Below are positions 9,599 to 19,621 of a stretch of 64,000 nucleotides of DNA, piece by piece. Made by a program: the position numbers and the translations under genes. The notes under the pieces are model-generated. The model was not told the origin of the DNA and did not search any database. It worked only from the letters and a program-made list of their open reading frames with translations. How positions within the stretch are numbered: the first letter of the stretch is position 1; each line of letters opens with the position of its first letter. Origin of the DNA: a virus (Duplodnaviria; Caudoviricetes); IMG/VR virus record IMGVR_UViG_3300027747_002427. The stretch is one strand, 5' to 3'.

Positions 9599-10423
9599 AT
9601 GTCAGAAGATATAGTAGAATCAGCTCCAGTTACTTTGTCGTTTAAAGATGCTCTCAATGCATTAGAAACTCTTACAAAAGATACTTTTATAAGTGAAGTA
9701 TGGGTACCTTCTTTAAAAAGAAATATTACTATTAAAGAAATTAATGCAAAGCAGCAAAAGGAATTATTAGAATCAGCTATAGATTCTTCAGTTTATAAAT
9801 CATCGTTTTCCAAGACATTTTATGACATTTTGATATCTAATGCTTCAGAGCCTAAAGAGACTTTGGACGCACTTAATTTAGCGGATAAAATAGCGATATC
9901 ACTGGCTTTAAGAAGCCAAATATCTCCTACAGTAAAGGTAGAATTTACCGAAACTTTAAGCGAAGATGTTTCTTTAAAAACTATTTCAGATAAAATACAA
10001 AAGTATTCTATCCCTGATCCAGTTTCTTTTGAAATAGTCAAAAACGGGATATCTATATCTGTAACAGCAGCTTTGCCTAGTATTGTTTCTGATGTACAAT
10101 TCGATGCTTTTTTATTAAAAAATAAACGAAAGACAGATAATATAGAAGAAGTAAAATCAATTATAACAGAAGCTTTCCTAACAGAGGTTTCAAAATATAT
10201 TAAGTCTCTTTCTATAGATTCACAAGATTTAAATTATTCATCTTTTTCAGTTCATCAAAAGATTCAATTTGTAGAAAAATTACCAGCCACAATAATTCAA
10301 CAAATATTGGATATTGTTACAAAATGGAAAAAAGAACTAGAGAGTCTGTTAGAAACAACATCTTCAAACGGTGAAAATACAAAAATATTAGACATTGATA
10401 GTATTTTATTTTTAACCAATTAA
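9599..10423 (+). CDS. Baseplate hub assembly protein (gp26-like paralog)
   Basis: VPSLKRNITIKEINAKQQKELL and LNLADKIAISLALRSQ resemble gp26-type chaperones. Confidence 0.5.
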   Translation: MSEDIVESAPVTLSFKDALNALETLTKDTFISEVWVPSLKRNITIKEINAKQQKELLESAIDSSVYKSSFSKTFYDILISNASEPKETLDALNLADKIAISLALRSQISPTVKVEFTETLSEDVSLKTISDKIQKYSIPDPVSFEIVKNGISISVTAALPSIVSDVQFDAFLLKNKRKTDNIEEVKSIITEAFLTEVSKYIKSLSIDSQDLNYSSFSVHQKIQFVEKLPATIIQQILDIVTKWKKELESLLETTSSNGENTKILDIDSILFLTN

Positions 10424-10448
10424 GCTTTGTCAATTAGGGTATATAGTC

Positions 10449-10454
10449 TAAGTA
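10449..10454 (+). promoter_or_regulatory. Late-promoter-like motif TAAGTA
   Basis: 6 nt before ATG 10461. Confidence 0.6.
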
Positions 10455-10460
10455 TTCTAT

Positions 10461-12743
10461 ATGCCCCCAGAGGTCTTAGAAAAAATATTAGCTAAATTAG
10501 ACCAAGTAGATCCCATATCTAAGGAAGATCTGCTTAATGCCCTTTTGGGTAAAGAAAATTCTTCTTTAGATATAAGCAGAGAAATAAAAAAAGTTATTTC
10601 TAATATAGATGCTTTAGCTGAATTAGAAATAGAAAGAACCTTTCAAAAAGTTAATGGAAAATTGCCAGGTGATTTAGCAAAAATTTTATCCAAATTAGAT
10701 CAATCTTTAGATTCTCAATCTAAAAAAATTATAGAAGATTTAGTTAATAAAGAAACGCCAAAAACAGAATCTACTTTACCAAAAGAAGAAATCAAGCCAA
10801 GAGAAGTAGAACCAATTTTACCAAGAGAAGAAGTTAGACCAACGGAAATTAGACCACAAGAATTTGAAATAACTTTATCTAAACGTTCTGTTAACGATCT
10901 TAAAAAGTTATTTGGAGGAATGTTAAATGATTCTTTTAAAAATTTAGAAAAGGTTACTGTAGATGAAAACAAAAAATTAAAAGACGGTTTCTCTGGTATA
11001 TCCAAATCAATTAGTGACAGAGGTCCTATGTTTGATTTATTTGGCTTAGGTACATTAGGTAGAATGTTAAAACCAATTGGAATGGGTATATTGGCAGCTG
11101 TTACAAGTCTTTCTCTTTTAATGGGAGCCTTTGGGAAAGATTTAACATCTGTAATAGATAGAATATTTGGTACCAATCTTTCCCTAATTACAAGAGTAGT
11201 TGAAAAACTAACACCTGGAATACCTTCTCAGGCTTATGATTTTCTTACAAAATGGTCATCAAGATTTTTTGCTTCTAGAGCATTTGGTGAGACAACAATA
11301 TCTAAAGCCGGTGAAAATTTAAAAAGAGTACCTGCATTGGGAGGTTTATTAAGTAGCACTATAGGACCTTTATGGAGAGGTACTATGAGTGCTCTTACTG
11401 GAAAAAATTATGTAGCTCCTGAAAGTAAAACCGGTATTAAGGCCATGGAAGGAGCTGCAAAATTAGCAGAAGAACAAAAAGTGGCTAATGCTGCTCAAAA
11501 GGCAATTTATGATAAAGAAAAAGCTGCATTAATGAGAGGTCAAGGGTTTAGACAAGGTCTTACAGAAGCTCAAGCTATTGAAAAATTGGCAGCAGAAGGC
11601 ATAAGTGAAACTGCTCCTACCATTGCAAAAGGAGCTGGGAAGGCTAGTGGATGGTTGGCTAAAATATTAACAAAATTTGGTATTGGTGCATCTGAAAGAC
11701 TTTTGACCAAAATACCATTTGGTGTTGGTGCTTTGTTTGGTTTAGGATTTGGTGCTGAAAGAATAATGAGAGGTGATTATGTAAGTGGTATACTACAAAT
11801 TGCATCAGGAATTGCTTCTATTTTTCCTTTTGCCGGAACAGCTATAAGTTTAGCTTTAGACGTTTTAGATATTGGTCTAGCGGTAGCTGCACCGGAATTT
11901 AAAAAGAGTGCCAATAAATTTTTATGGCAAAATGGTCTTAAATATTTTCCATTATTTAACTTTTTCAGGTATTTAGGATATCATATAGATAGTGGTAGAC
12001 CTTGGTTAGCGGTATTTGATTTTTTAAGATTAGTACCTGGAACCGCAAGTATAGCAAATACATTTGAAACCTTTTTGACATCTGATATAGAAAAACAAAC
12101 AGATGCTGGGAAACCTATTAGTTTTTCAAAACTAGGTCAAATGGTACGCAAAAATCTTTGGAAATCTATATCCCCTTATATACCTGAAATGTGGGGGTTA
12201 AAAAAATGGTTTGCCGAAGCAACGGGATTATCTGATGAGACTATTTCAGAAGGAGAACCATCTACTTTAACAAAACCAGAAGGTTCTCCTTACAAACCTT
12301 TTCCAACCCCTTCAAAAAATACATACCAAAAAAGTCCAAAAGATGAAGTATCTTGGAGTGAATTACATAAAGGAGAACATTTTATATCTGAAGGAAGAGG
12401 TAAAGGAAAATGGGTAAAAGACCTTCAATATAGTTTACAAGAAGGACCAAAAGGATTTTCTGCTGACGAAGAATTTAACAAAGTTAAACTCCCTTCTGCT
12501 TTAGAAGATTCCTCTGATATGAAAAATTATATGACAACTCTTAATACAACTTTATTTAATTTAACTAATAGTTTTAAAGATTTTAGTCAAAATTATAAAG
12601 GATCAGAAGAGTCTCCTTCAATAGTAAGTATAAACAGTTCTACCCAGAACAATGGAGGTGGTTTAAATTATTTAATGGGTGGAAGGGATCCTACATTTGA
12701 ATATAGAACTTTGGTTGGTATTGCTTTAAATCGAGGAGATTAA
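10461..12743 (+). CDS. Tape-measure/baseplate hub protein (gp29-like)
   Basis: 760 aa, helical, Gly/Ala-rich hydrophobic segments (KIPFGVGALFGLGFGAERIMRGDYVSGILQIASG); lies between gp26-like and gp48-like genes. Confidence 0.6.
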   Translation: MPPEVLEKILAKLDQVDPISKEDLLNALLGKENSSLDISREIKKVISNIDALAELEIERTFQKVNGKLPGDLAKILSKLDQSLDSQSKKIIEDLVNKETPKTESTLPKEEIKPREVEPILPREEVRPTEIRPQEFEITLSKRSVNDLKKLFGGMLNDSFKNLEKVTVDENKKLKDGFSGISKSISDRGPMFDLFGLGTLGRMLKPIGMGILAAVTSLSLLMGAFGKDLTSVIDRIFGTNLSLITRVVEKLTPGIPSQAYDFLTKWSSRFFASRAFGETTISKAGENLKRVPALGGLLSSTIGPLWRGTMSALTGKNYVAPESKTGIKAMEGAAKLAEEQKVANAAQKAIYDKEKAALMRGQGFRQGLTEAQAIEKLAAEGISETAPTIAKGAGKASGWLAKILTKFGIGASERLLTKIPFGVGALFGLGFGAERIMRGDYVSGILQIASGIASIFPFAGTAISLALDVLDIGLAVAAPEFKKSANKFLWQNGLKYFPLFNFFRYLGYHIDSGRPWLAVFDFLRLVPGTASIANTFETFLTSDIEKQTDAGKPISFSKLGQMVRKNLWKSISPYIPEMWGLKKWFAEATGLSDETISEGEPSTLTKPEGSPYKPFPTPSKNTYQKSPKDEVSWSELHKGEHFISEGRGKGKWVKDLQYSLQEGPKGFSADEEFNKVKLPSALEDSSDMKNYMTTLNTTLFNLTNSFKDFSQNYKGSEESPSIVSINSSTQNNGGGLNYLMGGRDPTFEYRTLVGIALNRGD

Positions 12744-12746
12744 TAT

Positions 12747-13757
12747 ATGGCAAATTTTAATTTTTTTACAATATCTGAAGTCAATACTCAATATGGAAAA
12801 ATAGCAGTTTCATATCCAGTTGCTAGCAAATCTGGAGAAGGGAATGGTATAATAGATGTTCATGGTTTATTAAGATGGTCTAATAGGGGTAATATTGATG
12901 AAGTACCAGCTTTATTATTGACAGAATATAGTTTAGACTTTAGTAGATGGGCGTCCAATATAGCAGCTATAACAGCAGCTTTAGAACAAGCAGATAAAGA
13001 AGGCAAAGCTGATCCATATTTAAAATTATATAAAGGTAAAGAAACTGATTTTAAATATATTCTACCTTATCTAATTAAACCCGGTGATCCAATTAGAGGT
13101 ACTATAACTAATGATTGGACAGATTTAGACACAGCTGGTGCTGTGAGTAGTCTTTTAGGCGGAACTGCTGGGGATATATTGAAGAAAATGGGAACAGCAT
13201 TAATTGCTGGAGGCGGACAATTTTCAGCTGGATTCGGAACAGAACCTTTAAAGACTTTTAAAAGTACTGGAGATAATAAAATTGTTATATCATTTCCTCT
13301 TTATAATACATATTCAATTAAGGAAGCTAGGGATAATTTTAGTTTTGTAAATTTATTAGCTTTTCAAAATTTAAAAACCAGAACTAGTTTTGTATCTTAT
13401 CTTCCACCAAAAATTTATAAAGTAGAAGGTACTGGAGTTGGTAGTGTTTATATGGCTGCTGCTTATATAAGTGAATTAAGAATAGATTCTATAGGAACTA
13501 CAAGAACTATTACAGATATTGGGGCATCTAATTCAACTGTTTTAATACCAGAAGCTTATAAAATAACTATAACTCTTACAGATCTTTTGACCCAATCTTC
13601 AAATGTAATGTGGAGTGCCTTAGAAGGAAATTCTGTGCAAGTTATAGAACCGGCCAATAATAATGCTCAAAACGGTGGCGGTCAAAACGGTGGCGGTCAA
13701 AACGGTGGCGGTCAAAACGGCAAACCACCAGTAACTGTACCAGAAGATCATAATTAA
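12747..13757 (+). CDS. Baseplate tail-tube cap (gp48-like)
   Basis: Tube-fold-like C-terminal half (ISFPLYN, YLPPKIYKV, AYISELRIDS, PEAYKITITLTDL); synteny. Confidence 0.5.
   Translation: MANFNFFTISEVNTQYGKIAVSYPVASKSGEGNGIIDVHGLLRWSNRGNIDEVPALLLTEYSLDFSRWASNIAAITAALEQADKEGKADPYLKLYKGKETDFKYILPYLIKPGDPIRGTITNDWTDLDTAGAVSSLLGGTAGDILKKMGTALIAGGGQFSAGFGTEPLKTFKSTGDNKIVISFPLYNTYSIKEARDNFSFVNLLAFQNLKTRTSFVSYLPPKIYKVEGTGVGSVYMAAAYISELRIDSIGTTRTITDIGASNSTVLIPEAYKITITLTDLLTQSSNVMWSALEGNSVQVIEPANNNAQNGGGQNGGGQNGGGQNGKPPVTVPEDHN
13668..13720 (+). repeat. 15-bp perfect tandem repeat x3.5 (QNGGG)n
   Basis: CAAAACGGTGGCGGT three times plus CAAAACGG. Confidence 0.95.
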
Positions 13758-13764
13758 ATAACCC

Positions 13765-14124
13765 ATGAACAGAAGTGAAATAATAAATTTACCAAAAATT
13801 TCTTTATATAGTTTTGAGAATTTACTCAATGTATATACAGATATGGATACAAATTATAATTTTTATAATTTATTAAGAGCTATTAATGTAGTCCCTACTA
13901 ATAGTAGTTTAGCAGAGGATCAATATATAACTACTTTTACAGATACTTGGGTTTCTATTTCTTATAAACATTACAATACTATGGATTTATGGTGGTTAGT
14001 TTGTGCTTATAATCAAATATCTAATGCAGCAAAAAAACCAGAACCTGGAACCATTTTAAAATTATTAAAATCAGAATATGTGGGTGTTGTTCTAGCCGAA
14101 TTAAAAAAACAAATTAGTAAATAA
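13765..14124 (+). CDS. Baseplate wedge protein, gp53/LysM-like
   Basis: DTWVSISYKHYNTMDLWWLVCAYNQI...PGTILKL is the gp53/tail-X LysM-like signature. Confidence 0.7.
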   Translation: MNRSEIINLPKISLYSFENLLNVYTDMDTNYNFYNLLRAINVVPTNSSLAEDQYITTFTDTWVSISYKHYNTMDLWWLVCAYNQISNAAKKPEPGTILKLLKSEYVGVVLAELKKQISK

Positions 14125-14524
14125 ATTCTTTAATATCAAAAAAGAATCTAACAATTATAAAATTTTCAGCCATCTCATGAAGACAATAACAATACATTTT
14201 ATTGTTAATTAAAAAATAATAAGAATCAAATAATACGTCATCAAATACACTTAATTCAAAATCAATATCTGGATTATCACCCAAAAATTTTTCTACTTCT
14301 CCTTCTTTTATATTTTGAGTAGCATCACTATTTTCTAATTTTTCAATGTTTCTTTTTACAACCATCCAAGTTCCTTTTTCATAAGAACAATTTAATAAGA
14401 AAATTGGATATTTGCTTTGAAGGTTAAAAACTTTACCAGCGGATAAAAAAGAAAATTTTGAGGGGGTCTCTTCCAAGACAGAGAGATAATCACTCGGGTT
14501 ATACCCTTTCTTTTTAGATTTCAC
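14114..14524 (-). CDS. Hypothetical protein
   Basis: ORF track start (14647) overlaps the terminase antisense; GTG at 14524 (MKSKKKGY) lies 7 nt after TAAATA. Confidence 0.55.
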   Translation of the reverse strand: MKSKKKGYNPSDYLSVLEETPSKFSFLSAGKVFNLQSKYPIFLLNCSYEKGTWMVVKRNIEKLENSDATQNIKEGEVEKFLGDNPDIDFELSVFDDVLFDSYYFLINNKMYCYCLHEMAENFIIVRFFFDIKEFIY

Positions 14525-14527
14525 CTC

Positions 14528-14537
14528 TAAATATTTA
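14528..14537. promoter_or_regulatory. Palindromic bidirectional late-promoter-like site TAAATATTTA
   Basis: Reads TAAATA on both strands (and canonical T4 TATAAATA on the minus strand, 14532-14539), in the 19-nt gap between divergent starts 14524 and 14544. Confidence 0.6.
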
Positions 14538-14543
14538 TAATAA

Positions 14544-16427
14544 ATGCCAAGAAAATCAAAAGACGAAGAAGACGAAGAAGATGAGGTAGATCTTAATTCT
14601 ATACCTTTAGAGGAGATAGAAAACGCTGATATATTAGCTGACGGCAAATATTTTCAAGGTAATGAAAATATTTTAAGACAAAATGCTACTTTCAAATGGA
14701 CTGAAGAGATGCAATCGGAGCTTAAGCTCTGTATTAAAAGTATCTTACATTTTGCAGAACATCATTTTTATATATCCACCCTTGATGATGGAAAGAAAAG
14801 AATTGAACTTCATAAATTCCAGAAAAGATTATTAAAAGCTTTCAAAGCTAATAGATTTAATATCGTATTAGCCTCGCGTCAGGTGGGTAAAACCACTTGT
14901 ATTACAATTTATGCTCTTTGGTTAGTTTGTTTTCAATCTGATAAAAGAGTTACTATCATTGCTAACAAAGAATCAACTGCAAAAGAAATTTTTAGCAGAA
15001 TTCGTATGGCCTTTGAACAATTACCAATTTATCTCAAGCCTAGTATGAAGTCTTGGAGAAAAGATGGGTTCTTGTTATCTAACGATTCAGCTATTACCAT
15101 TAGTACAACCTCAGCAGCAGGTCCTCGTGGTAGTACAAGTAATCTTCTTATTATTGATGAGATGGCTCACTGTCCAACAGAACTCATGAAAGAACTTTGG
15201 AAATCTGCTATTCCTATTATATCTTCTTCTAAGAAATCTCAAATTGTTGCTATTAGTACACCCAATGGAACTGATAATAAATTTTATGAACTTTATGAAG
15301 AATCCCAAAAGAAAGGAAGTGAATGGCACTTAGAAAGAGTTGATTGGTGGGATGTTCCTGAAAGAGACGAAGAATGGAAAAGAGGAGCTATAGCGGCTTT
15401 GGGTTCGGAAGAAGACTTTGAACAAGAATATGGCAATGCTTTTATTCTCCCGGGTAAGAGTGTTGTAGATACAACCTATCTAGATGAGTTAAAAGCTCAA
15501 GCTAAAGAACCAGTTCTTATTAATGATAATGGTTTTTATAAAATATTTGAATTACCTAAACCAGGTAATCTTTATATCATAGGTGTCGACGTAGGAGAGG
15601 GTATAGGAAGATCAAATACAGTAGCTCAGATTTTGGATGTTACTAATTTACAAGATATTAGACAGGTAGCTATATATGCTACCAATACTATGAGTCCTTT
15701 TCATTTTGGAACAAAGTTGATGAGTGTTTTAACCGATTGGGGAAGACCTCCTATTCTTATTGAAAATAATAACAATGGTCAACAAGTATTAGATGTTCTA
15801 CATCAAACCCATCAATATGAAAATATTGTATCTTATCAATTTGAAGGTAATAGCAAACATTATGATACCGGAAAAAGACTAGGAGTTCATAATCATACTA
15901 ATACAAGATATAAAGGTATTATTAATTTTAGATATTGGTCTAATGGATTAAAAGTGGTAAAATTAAATGATTTAGACACTATATTAGAACTTTATAATTT
16001 TGTTCGTTTGCCTAATTTTACATTTAGTAAAAGAAGTGATAAAGATTTAGATGATAGAGTATTTGGTTTAATTTGGGGGCTCTTTATTTTAGATCCTTCT
16101 TTGGTTTCTAAATATTTTTTATTATCGGAATTGGATGATCAGGGAAGACCTAGTAGAATACAAGCTCTTGTAGATAATTCAGATCTTATATCAAAAAGTC
16201 CTTTACTCATAGGTGGTGGATATACTTTAGAAAAAAAGAGTGCTCCTGTATTGCCTAGTTATGTGCCGGTTAAAGGGCAAGAAGGCAATGCAGTGCTAGC
16301 TGATGAAGCTAAAAATTTATGGATGTGGCTACATACAAATGGTGGTACCGAAAAAGATACGTTCAAAACTCCTCTTCAAGAGGATAAGTCTTCTATAGAA
16401 GAATATAGACCTATTATATTATTTTAA
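14544..16427 (+). CDS. gp17: Terminase large subunit (T4 gp17-like)
   Basis: Walker A SRQVGKTT, Walker B LLIIDEMAH, STPNG, FEQEY, RNase H-fold IGVDVGEG and DDRVFGL. Confidence 0.96.
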   Translation: MPRKSKDEEDEEDEVDLNSIPLEEIENADILADGKYFQGNENILRQNATFKWTEEMQSELKLCIKSILHFAEHHFYISTLDDGKKRIELHKFQKRLLKAFKANRFNIVLASRQVGKTTCITIYALWLVCFQSDKRVTIIANKESTAKEIFSRIRMAFEQLPIYLKPSMKSWRKDGFLLSNDSAITISTTSAAGPRGSTSNLLIIDEMAHCPTELMKELWKSAIPIISSSKKSQIVAISTPNGTDNKFYELYEESQKKGSEWHLERVDWWDVPERDEEWKRGAIAALGSEEDFEQEYGNAFILPGKSVVDTTYLDELKAQAKEPVLINDNGFYKIFELPKPGNLYIIGVDVGEGIGRSNTVAQILDVTNLQDIRQVAIYATNTMSPFHFGTKLMSVLTDWGRPPILIENNNNGQQVLDVLHQTHQYENIVSYQFEGNSKHYDTGKRLGVHNHTNTRYKGIINFRYWSNGLKVVKLNDLDTILELYNFVRLPNFTFSKRSDKDLDDRVFGLIWGLFILDPSLVSKYFLLSELDDQGRPSRIQALVDNSDLISKSPLLIGGGYTLEKKSAPVLPSYVPVKGQEGNAVLADEAKNLWMWLHTNGGTEKDTFKTPLQEDKSSIEEYRPIILF

Positions 16428-16430
16428 TTT

Positions 16431-17030
16431 ATGAATCAAGCTACTTTAAATAGATCACGCAGCGACAAGTTCCTTTTGGTACTTGACTTACCTATTGCTT
16501 TAAAAAGTTCTCAGGATACTGTAATACAAGACAAATATTCAGCCGATCAAATACAGTTTACCATTTACGGATCCCCAGTTCCTAAAATTTCAATTCCAGA
16601 AATAAATTTACCATTTGGAGGTCAAGTCTTGAAAGTTTCTAGCATGTCTCGTCCAGCATATCCATCTTTAGATGTAAAATTTCTAGTAGGTAATGGATAT
16701 CAAAATTATTGGATTTTATGGAAATGGTTGAATTTGTTTAATGATTCTCAAAATAGCACTTCAGATTTAAATATGCAGTCTAGTTTTGTAGGAGAAGATA
16801 TTAGATTAACAAATTCTTTGAGACGTTATATTTCTGATTTTACTCTTTTTGCTTTGGATGAATTTGACAATAGGATTATTTCTTTCAAATATACTAATGC
16901 ATTTGTTACTTCTCTAGGTCAAATAAATTATTCTTATCAAGACCCAGCGGAAATAACTTGTGATGTTTCTTTTGCTTATAATCAATTAGAAGTGAAACTT
17001 TTAAAAGATATTAATATATCTTCTTGCTAA
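16431..17030 (+). CDS. Tail completion/tube terminator (gp3-like, tube fold)
   Basis: KFLLVLD, QFTIYGSPVPKISIP, LDVKFLV, YWILWKW, FTNAFVTSLG-like, CDVSFAY pattern. Confidence 0.6.
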   Translation: MNQATLNRSRSDKFLLVLDLPIALKSSQDTVIQDKYSADQIQFTIYGSPVPKISIPEINLPFGGQVLKVSSMSRPAYPSLDVKFLVGNGYQNYWILWKWLNLFNDSQNSTSDLNMQSSFVGEDIRLTNSLRRYISDFTLFALDEFDNRIISFKYTNAFVTSLGQINYSYQDPAEITCDVSFAYNQLEVKLLKDINISSC

Positions 17031-17033
17031 CGT

Positions 17034-18701
17034 ATGGCTAACATTACAATTGCATCTGTAAATCCAGAATCTGGTTCTATTCATATTGCCGGTGCTGAAG
17101 CATCAACAACTCCAGGCAATAATAATGATTTAAAATATGTTTACCAGATAAGAGATCAATTTTATCATTTAGAAACTTGGATGTATAATCAATTTGATGA
17201 TTATAAACCCTTTCAAGTATCTTTCTTTTCTATAGAAGCATTAGCTTTAGAAGAAACATTATTTAATTGGCCTACTAATGGTTGGATGGTTTTAAAAAAT
17301 GATTTTGAATTATTTGAAAGAGGTTCTTTACCAGTCGATAATATAGCTGGTATACCAGCACCTTATATTTTTAGAAGTGATGGTCGTAATAGAATTAATA
17401 TTAAAATATATCCGATACCAAATCCAGCTGGTATAGTAGGAGAATCTATTGATAATCAAGAATTGCCTAGAGATTTGTGGGAAATGAATTTTGATTTTGT
17501 TATATATGATATAGAAGATTTACCAACAGATAATAATCAAAATAAATTACGTAAATTGTATTTTCATGATGAAAGGCTACAAATATTAAAAGAAAGAAAT
17601 ATACAATGGTCTACAGCTAAATACGGACCAAATCAAGGACAATTAGGTACTACAGATAAAGCTAGGGCAATGCCTGTAAGTGATGCTATGAAATCTATAA
17701 TACAAACAGCTGGTTCTAGTAAAAGTGATCCTTTATTTTCTGATTTAAATGTGGGTTATAATGAAAGTCTAGGTTCTATAAGTGATCCTAAAATTCCTTT
17801 AGCTAGTTTCGGAGATTGGGATGAAGGACATGCTCCAAATGGAGAACCAGTCAATATACTTTATACTTCCCCAGCAGGGTCAAATGCTTTAGAAGATTTA
17901 AGTTATTTGTATCAAAATGCAGTTAGTTCTGATGGTACTCCATTAATTTTAGATTTTGGTAGAACTACAGATGATAAAAAATTTCATTTAAGACCTCTTT
18001 CATATTTTTTCAAAAATGCCGAAAAAAATCAAATAGAAAAATTAATATTGGTAGATGGAATATCGCCAGATAAAGCTCTCCCTTATATTCCTAGAGCTCC
18101 TAATATGGCTGGAACCGCTATTCAAAATTTTACATCTGGCATAGCTTCTCTAATTAAAAGTTATAATTTTGCACCTATGGTCGCAACAGATGACGCAAAA
18201 ATAACTAATAAACCTCTTCATAATTTTAATTTTGCTAATTCTGAATTTAATATATATTACGAAGATAACACAGCTGAAAAAATTTCTAAGAATATGGAGG
18301 ATATGGCAAAACAAGGTTTATATGGTCTTAATAATGGAGGTCAATTGTTAATGAATATAAACAAAACCAAGCAAACTGGTTTAATGAATACACCTTATTT
18401 TGAATCTCAGACATTTTTCCCAAAAAATAAACCTGCTATGTTGATGATGAAACAAGCATTATTTTTGAATCAAGCTTTATATTTTCAGGTTCCTGGATTA
18501 ACTTTTAGAACTCCAGGTAAATTTATATTTGTTGACAGAACTTCTTCTAGTGATAACAATCCTTTTGATGATAGATTTTTAGGTCAATGGATGATAATTA
18601 AAGTTGTTCATTTATTTACAAAAGACAATTATGTCAATGATGTAGTTGCTACAAAAATAGATACTTTCAAAAAAATGTGGCCAATTTTAGATAAAAAATA
18701 A
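17034..18701 (+). CDS. Baseplate hub protein (gp27/VgrG-N-like)
   Basis: C-terminal VPGLTFRTPGKFIFV...LGQWMIIKVVHLF typical of gp27/gpD hubs; upstream of gp5-like genes. Confidence 0.6.
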   Translation: MANITIASVNPESGSIHIAGAEASTTPGNNNDLKYVYQIRDQFYHLETWMYNQFDDYKPFQVSFFSIEALALEETLFNWPTNGWMVLKNDFELFERGSLPVDNIAGIPAPYIFRSDGRNRINIKIYPIPNPAGIVGESIDNQELPRDLWEMNFDFVIYDIEDLPTDNNQNKLRKLYFHDERLQILKERNIQWSTAKYGPNQGQLGTTDKARAMPVSDAMKSIIQTAGSSKSDPLFSDLNVGYNESLGSISDPKIPLASFGDWDEGHAPNGEPVNILYTSPAGSNALEDLSYLYQNAVSSDGTPLILDFGRTTDDKKFHLRPLSYFFKNAEKNQIEKLILVDGISPDKALPYIPRAPNMAGTAIQNFTSGIASLIKSYNFAPMVATDDAKITNKPLHNFNFANSEFNIYYEDNTAEKISKNMEDMAKQGLYGLNNGGQLLMNINKTKQTGLMNTPYFESQTFFPKNKPAMLMMKQALFLNQALYFQVPGLTFRTPGKFIFVDRTSSSDNNPFDDRFLGQWMIIKVVHLFTKDNYVNDVVATKIDTFKKMWPILDKK

Positions 18702-18702
18702 T

Positions 18703-19014
18703 ATGAATAGAGATGAACTCAAAGCTAAATTACAAGAAGCTCACATTCAACGCTTGGCTTCTTCTAATAAAACCCAATATCCTTCTGCTATGCAAATGGC
18801 TAGGAATTTAGGTAGTAGTGTTATTAATAATGCAATGAGTGTTGCTGCTGGAAATAGTCTAAGAGTAGATAATAGTGTTGCTGAAACTAGATTAAATGTT
18901 TGTAAAGGTTGTGAATTTTTTAATCAACTACAAGAAAGATGTGGTAAGTGTGGATGTAATATGGCTGTTAAGACTTACTTGAGAGCGGAGAAATGTCCGG
19001 TAGGAAAGTGGTAA
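18703..19014 (+). CDS. Small Cys-rich protein (DUF6171-like)
   Basis: RLNVCKGCEFF...CGKCGCNMAVKTYLRAEKCPVGKW. Confidence 0.6.
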   Translation: MNRDELKAKLQEAHIQRLASSNKTQYPSAMQMARNLGSSVINNAMSVAAGNSLRVDNSVAETRLNVCKGCEFFNQLQERCGKCGCNMAVKTYLRAEKCPVGKW

Positions 19015-19597
19015 CATAAAAGTCTGCTAAATTTAAAGCTATTTTCTTAATTTCTTTTTTATAAACCTTTAAGTCTTTATATTCTAGTGTAAGAATTATT
19101 TGTTCTGCTAAAGATCTAATAATTTTATTATTAGTAAATTCAAAATTATTGGCTGGTTCTAATCCTTCTCTTTCTATATAAAAAAGAGTTCCTTTAACTT
19201 CATCCTTTAACCACCAAATTTCGTCTTTGGGGTATTCTATGTATCTTATATCTGTTATTATAGATATATTATTCTTTGCAAAGGTTTTATCTGCGCTTAA
19301 TTTCTCTATAAAATAGCGTCCTTTCGTAGTGTTCCTCATTAGTCTGCCATATTCAACAAACATAGGCCTGAGCAAAGTTTTTTCTTTATCACTATTAGTA
19401 TAAACTGATAAATTTGTTTTATCTGATATTAATTTATCTAAATCTTTTCTTATACAATCACCTGCTATAGAAAATCTCTTAGCTTCTAAATTATATTTTT
19501 CTTTAAATGCTTCTATTAAAGCAACACACAAAGAATCTTTGCCTGCTCTTGCGTACCCCGACAAACCAATCGGAGGGTAAAATAAGCTATTTGCCAT
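18968..19597 (-). CDS. Deoxynucleoside monophosphate kinase (T4 gp1-like)
   Basis: IGLSGYARAGKDS P-loop, IITDIRY..E; inverted gene within the baseplate region, as T4 gene 1 lies near genes 3/53/5. Confidence 0.8.
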   Translation of the reverse strand: MANSLFYPPIGLSGYARAGKDSLCVALIEAFKEKYNLEAKRFSIAGDCIRKDLDKLISDKTNLSVYTNSDKEKTLLRPMFVEYGRLMRNTTKGRYFIEKLSADKTFAKNNISIITDIRYIEYPKDEIWWLKDEVKGTLFYIEREGLEPANNFEFTNNKIIRSLAEQIILTLEYKDLKVYKKEIKKIALNLADFYVTTFLPDISPLSSKS

Positions 19598-19621
19598 AAG
19601 TTTTTATATAATATATTAATT

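Noticed and set aside
10428-10433. TTGACA on the minus strand between baseplate genes
   Set aside because: No matching -10 box and no downstream gene on that strand
9820-11176. Minus-strand ORFs 9820..10041 and 10715..11176
   Set aside because: Lie entirely antisense to long baseplate genes
14525-14647. Poly-Ser N-terminus of ORF 14114..14647
   Set aside because: It is the reverse complement of the terminase acidic N-terminus (GAAGAC repeats); the GTG at 14524 is the better start
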